The notes beneath the pieces are model-generated. The model searched no databases. It was not told where the DNA came from and worked only from the letters and a program-made list of their open reading frames with translations. Both the position numbers and the translations under genes were made by a program. Below, piece by piece: positions 38,801 through 47,800 of a DNA stretch of 64,000 nucleotides (position 1 is the stretch's first letter; the number at the start of each line of letters is the position of its first letter). The stretch is from NCBI GenBank assembly GCA_963708185.1, contig OY970195.1, positions 1,280,001 to 1,344,000 of the forward strand, in the 5' to 3' direction. The DNA is from Candidatus Peregrinibacteria bacterium (GTDB taxonomy: Bacteria; Patescibacteriota; Gracilibacteria; UBA1369).

Positions 38801-41800
38801 ATCCATCCAGGTCACCCAGGAGTTTCCATTATCGGTGCTGCGCTGGTAAATGGCGCCGCCCGACGGGTAGAGAATGATTTTCAGTTTGTACTGTTGGTTG
38901 GCGACCCAGTTCTGGCTGTTGAGACTGGTTCCTTTGTTGACGTTGTTTTCGTAGACGTCGTCCGAGCCGGTGCTGTTCGAATAAAAGCTGTGAACAAAGT
39001 TTGAACGGTTGACGACACTTGTTCCCGACGTTCCCGTCGTGGTGTCTTTCCATCCGATCACAAAGTTTCCATTGTTGATGGTCTTGTAATCCATTTCCAG
39101 TTCGATCGCACTGCTGCGGTCGAAGTTGAGGTTGCTGTAGATACCGTTACAGCCGAAGTTGAACGGTCCGCCGCTGGTAAGAAGTTTTTCGTTTTGACTG
39201 AAGTAGGAGGTTTGCGTACAGCTTGATGAGGCGTCGACTTTGGTCCATTTCCCGGTATCGATCGTCGTTCCGGTGAAGTCATCGTAGAAAATAAAGGTGT
39301 TTGTTCCGCTGCTTTCATCGCTGAGACGGAAGTCGCCGTAGTTGGCGTAGATGGTATTGTCCCCTGAATTCAACGAAAATCCGACATACACCCAGAATTT
39401 CGTGGATATTGTGTCACATGTGTTTGGTTCCAGCCAGTAGGCCATGTGTGGTATCGATCCTGATCCATAAGATCCTAATGACGTGGATGGGATCGAGTCT
39501 GTGAATCTGATGTCTCCGCAGTCCGGTCTCATTTTTCCGGCGTTGATGAGCGATGCGGTGTCCATAATCACCTGGACCTGATATCCCGAAAGGGCGCTGC
39601 CAGGATTGTTGATGGTGATCGGTCGAATATAGTAGTTTGTAAAGTCACTTCCGCTGATGGTGACGCCTGTTCGTCCGTCGGTCGGTCCACTCGTCACATT
39701 GAGGGATGTGATTTGCGGTGCCGGCGGATCAACACTGAACGGATCACTGTCTCCGGGAGCCAATGTGGTGGGGTTTGCGGGACTGGTCGTGTCGGATGCG
39801 GTAAGGACCACACCTCCATCGGCGATACTGTAAGTGGTTCCCGTTATCGTCGTGGAACTGTTCCCGTTCGTGATGTTGCCGGTTATCGTTCCTCCGAGTG
39901 AACCGTTCCCGGTCTTCAGGCTCACTGTAAACTGCATGTCGCCGCTGGTGAGCGGATTGTCGTTCTGGTCTAGGCGTTGAACCGTTACGTCCATCGACTG
40001 TCCGGCGACTGGCGTTCCGCCTCCAGTCTTTGTCACGGCCGTGACGACAAGTCGTGAGAGTCCATATTTATAAATGGTGTAGGGGGCGGTGGTGTCGTTT
40101 CCCGGTGTCGCGTACAGAGAGCCGTAGGTTGAATCGTACGCAAGTTCACCTGTGTCATTGCTCGTTGATGCGCTTCCCACGTTTACAGGGAATGCAGACT
40201 GTGCGGTCCAGGTTCCCGCGCCGACGTCATAGCGGTAGAAATCCGTGGTCGCTTTTCCGCGTAATGCATACAACGTGTTGTTGTCCGTTGCCACGATGGA
40301 GCCTCCGGACTGGATGTCGAGAGGGGTCGTGTTGTTCGGAAGGTTCGTCATGGCCGTCCAGGTTCCTTTTCCGGTAGAAGAAGGTATGAACTTCCAGAAG
40401 TTCGGATTGGCAACGGTCGGACTGCTGTTTCCACGAAGGGCGTAGATTGTTGATCCGTCAGGCGTGCTGACGATGTCGGAACCTCCGCCAAAGGTGTTCG
40501 TACTCGCAGGAAGGTCCGCGGCTTCGTAATCGAACGGCCAGGAATCGCTGCCGATGACGTAACGGTAGAGTAAACCAGTGTAGCCCTGACCGTAAGATTC
40601 CGTATTGAACGTCGTTCCTTTGCCGGTGGTGGCAAAAAGTTCGGGACCTCCTGACGGTCCGTTTGCTGTATAAGCTATATCTCCACCGTTGCTGGATGTT
40701 CCAATGTTCACTGGAGCTGAAGAGAGCGTTGACCATACTCCGCCGCCTGTGCTGTAGCGATAGATTTCACCTGTACTGTTTCCTTTGCTGACGTAGAGAT
40801 TCGTTCCGTCATTGACGATGGATCCACCCACGTTGACCGTGGCGGAACCGGTCGGGACCGATGTCAGCAATGACCATGTTCCATCTCCCGAGTACGGTGA
40901 GTTGGTGATGTTGTAGTTCAAGAAATTGAGGGTGCTGTTCCCCTGAAGTGTGTAAATGTTGGTGCCGATGCTTGAGAGCGATCCGCCTCCGCCGATATCG
41001 TAGGTTGTTGCTCCGACTTGAACCTGCGGTGGTGGAGCTGAAGTTATCGGCCAGGTGTTGGCGTTTGCTCCCGTTAACGGGTAACGGAAGATCAGTCCGC
41101 GTCCCGGATTTCCCTGATATACTCCGCTGCTGACAACCTGGTTGGTATTCGCGCCAACCAATGTTCCGCTTGTTCCCGCGCCTGAAACAGCAAAAATTTC
41201 AGGACCGCCGGATGGTCCGGACGTGGTGTAGGCCAGTTGGCCGCCGATGATCGAATTTCCGCCAAAGCCCGTGGGGAAGGATGTCAGGGCTGTCCATGAA
41301 CCTGCTCCGTTCGGGGTGATGGTATATTTATACATGTCGGAAGTGTTTCCGCCACGTGACACGTAAAGCGTGGAACTGTTATCAGTGACCATTGATCCTC
41401 CGGCGCCAATGGTTCCCGGCGGTTGGGTAAGATTCACCGTGACTGGCCAGGTATTGGCATTGGTTCCGGTGAACGGATATCGGAAAAGGAGGCCGATACT
41501 GTTGATGCCATTTCCCGTTGTACCGTTTCCGGACACTCCGTAGAGGACCGCACAGGATGTCAATGCACATGGATCAACGTAGGCGAGTCCACCTCGTGCA
41601 TTGATGGTGCTATTTGTTCCGATGTTGGTCGGGAAAGCCGCGATGTTCGCAGCAGCCCAGTTTCCGGCAGTACAATCTGCATCCGTGGTCGTACAATATT
41701 TTCTGATATCGGATGTTCCCGCACCGCGCGATGCCCAGATTTGTGTTCCGTTCGAAGAGAGCGAACCTCCGGATTGCAACGGCCAAGGTGCGCTGCTCAT

Positions 41801-44800
41801 TGCTACCCAGCCTCCGGCAGCAGTGTATCGGTAAAAGTTACTGCTGTTGCCGGTCGTCGCGTAAATAGCGCCTCCGGCACTTACCATGGCGCCTCCGGCA
41901 GAAACATTGGCCGGTGCCGTGAATGAGGCGGTCGTCCAGCTTCCGGGAGCTGTTTGGGTAATGTCGTATTGGTATATGGTGTTGTTGCTACCTCCGCGGA
42001 AAGCGTAAATAAAGTTTCCGCTGCCGGAGTAGCCGAGAGCACCTCCTGTTAATATTGTTGCGGGCGTATTCCCGAGCGCCGTCCAGTGGCCAGTGGAAAT
42101 TTTATAAACGTAGCTGTTTGTACTGTTTCCGCCTCGTAACGCGTAAATCGTGTCTGCATCGGTGCTGACCATTGAAGCTCCATCACCTGCAGCAGCTGGA
42201 AGCGATTCAAGGTTCGTCCATTGGTTGGTCGCCGGATCGTATTGTTGGAAGGTGGTGCTTGCCCCGGCGAGGATGTAGAGTTTTTTGTTGACAGGAACGA
42301 CGCAATTCCCGACTCCCTGGTTCCCGCCGGCGTTGGAAACGGGAACGTCATTGTCGAGTTTCGCGCGGACGGCGGCGTTCCATTCGTTGACGTCCGGGTT
42401 GTAGGATACAAAATTCGTTGTGGCCCCGCCGGTCAATCCGTAAATGAGCGTGCTTGAGGTCGGAGAAGACAAGGAAGCTCCGCCGCCAGTGCCGAATTGT
42501 GTTGCAGCCGGGGCGAGTTTTATTGGCCAGGTTCCGGCTGAAGGTCCGCTTAACGCGTAGCGGAACAGTGTTCCAACTGTTGATGTAGAGATGTTTCCTG
42601 CAGTTCCGTTTCCGGATACCAGGAAGAGTTCTCCGCCCGTTGACTGTCCGGCGTATGTTCCTGAAGGTACGTACACAAGATCCCCTTTGGCGAGCGATGT
42701 GCTCGCGGTTCCCACGTTTACCGGTGTGGTTTTCGGTGCGCCGAGAATGGTCCAGGTATTTCCTGAAATGTCATAGGTCCAGGTGTCGGTGGTGTTATCC
42801 CCGCGCACGGCATAGAGGGTGTTTCCGCCATCGCTGGTCAGAGATCCTCCTGACAAGACCGTCGCAGGGGCACCACTCAATGTCGTCGTCCAGTTGCCGG
42901 ACGACGGAGGCCATGCTGTTGTCACGTCGTATCTCCAAAATGAAGTGGCATTATTTCCCTGGAATGCATAGATGTAGTTGCCGCTTCCGGGGTAGACGAG
43001 TGATCCGCCGCCATAAACTGCGGCAGGAGTGACGCCCGCCCCACCGCTGTTCCAGGTGTCGGTGGTGATATCGTATCTCCAGAACGCCGTGGTGTTGTTT
43101 CCTTCAAAAGCGTAGATGTAGTTGCCGCTTCCGGGGTAGACGAGTGATCCGCCGGCACCGACGGTTGCCGGTGTCGTGGCCATGACGGTCCAGTGGCCCG
43201 TTGAGATTTTGTATTGCCAGAATGCTGTCGTTGATCCGCCCCTGAAGGCGTAAATCGTATCACTGTCGGTTGAAACCATGGTGGATCCATCGGTGACGAC
43301 TGCCGGAGGGTTTTCCAGTAACGTCCATTGATTAGTTGATGGATCGTATTGCTGGAAGTTCTGCGTATTGTTCCCCTGCAAAACGTACAGTTTGTTTCCT
43401 GTGAGAACCATGTTGTTTCCGCCGCCCTGGGAGAAAATACTTTGTGAGATCGGATCGCCGCTTTCCAGTTTCGCTTTGTTGCTTCCATTCCATTCGTTTG
43501 TGGTCGGGTTGTATTCCCAGAATGTGGTGGAACCGTTCGAGGTAAAGGCGTAGATATGCCCATTGGGCGTGTAATATGTTAACGATGAACCCGATGATGG
43601 TCCTATCCCGATATATGCCGTTCCCGGTGTATAGGTCCAGCTTGAAGGCGACGCTCCACCACTTATGGAGTAGCGGAAGATCAATCCTCCCGCTTCGGGG
43701 TCAGCCGAAATCGGCGGAGTGAATCCGTTGCGGCCGTTTCCGCTGACCATCCAGATTTCCTTGCGGGTGTTTGAGCTTCCGTCAATGTAGGTGTAATAGG
43801 TCAGACCGCCCTTGCCGGAAGATGTTGTTGTCCCCCCCATTTTGGCGGGAGCATTTGGTTGATGTATCCATCGGCTTCCTGCCGTCGCCGTAGGATCGTA
43901 ACGCCAGAACATGACGCTGTTGGCTCCTTTGGTTCCGTAGATATAGGAGCCGTCGGATGTGAGCGCCCCGCCAGATTCAACGCCTTCGGGGGCGGAATCG
44001 GGGACATCACCGTCAGCGGCGTCATTCCATCGGTCATTGGTGATGTTGTATCTCCAGAAATTTGTGGTGTTGTTTCCTCCGAATGCGTAGATGTTGCTTC
44101 CGATCGAGGCCATCGAACCTCCGGCCGTCACTGTGGAAGGTGCGGCTGCAGGGGTTGTCACCACCGGGGACGGCCCCGTTTCTCCGCTCCAGTATCCAAC
44201 CTGTGATGGTGAGCAAACGGTAGCACTCGGGGTGCTGCCCGAAGACTGGAAGCAGTACTTCCAGAAAGTGTTCGTGGTTGAGCCTCTCAATGCGAAAATA
44301 TAGTCGCCGCTTCCCGGATATTCGAGAGTTGCACCGCTTCCCCACGAGAGAGGTGCTCCTCGAAGGGCACCGTTCGCAATTGTTGAGCTTGGTGTCCAGG
44401 AGTTGGTTTGGGGGTTGTACTGGAAGAAACACGGGGTCGAACTTGATGGAGAACAGCTTCCGGGTTCCATGTAAATGTTTGTTCCGATGGCAACCATGGA
44501 AGGCGTGTCGGTAGCGCTGACCGGTGATGGTTCAAGCGTTGTCCAGGTGTTGGTGCCCGGTGAATATTTTTCAAAAGTTTGTGAACTTCCCGCAAGGACA
44601 TACATGTCACCGCCGAGTTGGACAATGGTGTTTCCTGTACTCTGGTTCGTTCCCGATTGACTGAACGGCGTGCCGTTGTCGTCTTGACCGAGATTGAAAG
44701 AAAACCAGGTATTGCTCGGGATATCATATTTCCAGAAATTATTCGATCCCTGAGCGCCTCCACTGAAGGCATAGAGGGTGTTCGAGTCTTTTTCCATCAA

Positions 44801-47800
44801 TCTTGCCCCCGCGTTGATGAAGTTCGGTGCATCGGCAAGTTGGGTCCAGGTGTTCGTTGTCGGATCATATCTTTGGAATGTTTTGTTGCTGTTTCCCTGT
44901 AGTACATAAAATGCGCCGTTGGCTTCGGCAATAGCGTTTCCATTGCCCTGGTTCGCCGCGGTTGTTACATTTGAAGTGTTGGTGATGAAATTGTCCTGGG
45001 AAAGCGGTGTCCCGTCATCTTTTTTCGCCTGGTACATGCTGCGCCACTGGTTGGCGGACATGTCGTATATCCAGAGGTCTTTTGCATTCGAAGTTCCTCC
45101 CTTCAAGGCGTAGATGAGGTTGCCGCTCCCGGGGTAGGTGAGTGAACCACCCGAGTTGACCGCGGCCGGTGCGCTGGAAGGGCGTTGATAGTAAACCCAT
45201 GAAGAAGTGTTGGTGTTGTAACGATAAATCAGACCGCGATAATCGGTGTCCGTACCGCTTTGGGTGGTGTTCACGCCGGTGACGCCGTTTCCCGGGACCA
45301 TCCATATCCCCCCGTTTGTGGCGTCATTGGAGTAGGTTAGTCCTCCGAGTGAAACCGGACAGAGGCCGGGTACGGATATGGTACATGCCTGTCCGACTTT
45401 TACCGGTGAGTCCTGAAGATTGGTCCATCTGTTCGTTGAAGGAGAGTAATCCCAGAAACCTTTTTTGAAACCTCCCTGGGTTACGAAAATGTTTGTGCCG
45501 TCCGTTGCGAGCGCGCCGCCGGTTTGAACGAAGTCAGGAGTCGATGGAGGTATATTGCCGTCTCCTGGATCGTTCCATCGGTTGTTGGTGATGTTGTATC
45601 TCCAGAAATTTTTTGAGTTTTCACCGCCCATTGCGTAAATATTTGCGGGGTCGCTGCTTACACCGACGAGGGCTGCGCCACCGCCGACAGGCTGAGGAGC
45701 ATCGGCAAGCTGAGCCCAGCTGTTTCCGGAAATGCTGTAGCTCCAGAACTGGCGGTTGGGATAGGTGTTAAATGAATACCAACCTTTGAAAGCGTAAATC
45801 TTATCCCCGCTTCCCGGATACGCGAGTGACGCTCCGGAACCTACATAGGCCAACGTGGGGGTCCCGGCCGGTAATGACGTCATTGTCGTCCAGGAGTTCG
45901 TCAGCGCATTATATTTGTAAAAATTTCCGGCACTTTGACCAGGTAGGTAATAGATGTCCGTTCCCACCGCTGAAAGGGAGGATCCGCTTGACGCATTTGC
46001 CGGGGCACTCGCCAAGGCGATCCACGTGTTGCTGACCGGATTGTACTTTTCGAATGTTGAACTGCTTCCGCCCGGAAGGATGTACATTTCACCGTTGACC
46101 TGGGCGATGGTGTTTCCGTTTCCCTGCGATGTTCCCGAGTTGTCGAAAATTGCGCCGTCGCTCTCACGTTTTCCGATGTTGAAAGCGATCCAGGTGTCGG
46201 AAGGGATGTCATATTTCCAGAATTCCTGGCTTGGAGCAGGGGAAAAGCTGTAATTTCCCATGAAGGCGTAGATGGTGTTGTTGTCGATTTTTACCATTGA
46301 GGCGCCGTTGCTGGTGTAGTTCGGCGTATCCATGAGTTCCACCCATGTGTTCGTCGCGGGGTCATAACGCTGGAAGTGCCGGTTGGCCTGCATGACGTAA
46401 AATTTTCCGTTCACTTCAAGCATGTTGGTTCCGGATCCTTGCTGGAACAGACCTCCGGCGGTGGGGGAATTTTGTGAAATTGAAACGGTTTTTCCATTGA
46501 GAGTCGTCGTGGCGCGATTCCATGCGATCCAGGTGTTTTTGAGCAAGCTGAATTTCCAGAACTGCGCCTGGTTGCTTCCTTCAAGGAAATATAAAAAGTC
46601 ACCGCTCGGATCCGCGGCACTCGGTCCGGGATAGGAAAGGGAAGCTCCATAGTTGCCGTTGTTGGGGAGTGATGTCGGTAAAGGTACGAGCGGCCAGCTG
46701 TTGGCGTTCGTACCGGTCAAAGCGTATCTGAAAAAATCACCGTAGTTGTTTGAAGTCGTGGCGTTTCCCGAGACCATGAAAATTTCAGGACCTCCGGAAG
46801 CACCCGTGGGAATATAGGTTATTCCTCCGCGTGCATCGGTGCTCGCTGATCCTGAAGTAAAGTTCACTCCGATATCCAATGGAGCCTCCGGCAGAGTTGT
46901 CCAGGTTCCGGGGTTGGCCGGTGATGCGTCGATGGTGTATTTCCAGAAATCTTTGGTGCCGTTTCCGCGTGACGCATAGAGATATGTTCCATCCGTCGTT
47001 AGAGAACCCCCGTTTCCAACTTTGAACGGCGTTTTGGCGAGCGTTGAATAGTCCCAGGTATTTCCAGAGATACTGTATCTCCAGAAATTTCTGCTGTTTG
47101 CTCCCTGGAAGCCGTAGATGTAGTCTCCGCTTCCCGGATACACCAGCGAGCCGCCGGTTCCGACTCCGTCCGGAGCCGAAGCCGGGATCGTGCCGTCGGC
47201 CGCATTGTTCCATCGGTTGTTGGCGACGTCGTATCTCCAGAAATCTTTATAGTTGCCGCCTCTGAAGGCGTAAATTTCACTTCCAACCACTGCGAGTGAA
47301 GCTCCATAGTTAAAGACTGACGGTGTACTGGCAAGAGTTGTCCAGGCACCCGGGGTCTGGGTTGTGTCGAAACTTGAAAATGTGTTGTTCGTCCTGAGCG
47401 CATAGAGGGTATTTCCAATGGAGACCATGGAAGCGCCATTGCCGAAAGAGTTCCCGGCCAAATCGGTCAGCGTGTTGGTCGAAGGATCGTATTTCCTGAA
47501 CGTTCCGTTTGTTTCAATAATGAAAAGCGTTCCGTTGACGTTGATGATGGAGTTCCCGGATCCCTGGAACGGACTTGCCGGTTGTGCCATCGCGGAAAGC
47601 GTCGTCGTTGAATCCGTCGCTTTGGCGCGGGTATTCAAAATCCATTTGTCGTTGGGAATATCGTAGATGTAAATGACGCTTGCTCCGCTTCCACCCGGAA
47701 AGACGTAAAGAAGATCTTTTGTTCCATCCTGGTCCAGGTCGACAGCGGTCATGGTAGCACCGTCAGTCGCGAAACCGGGATCGGCGAGCGTTGAGGCGTC

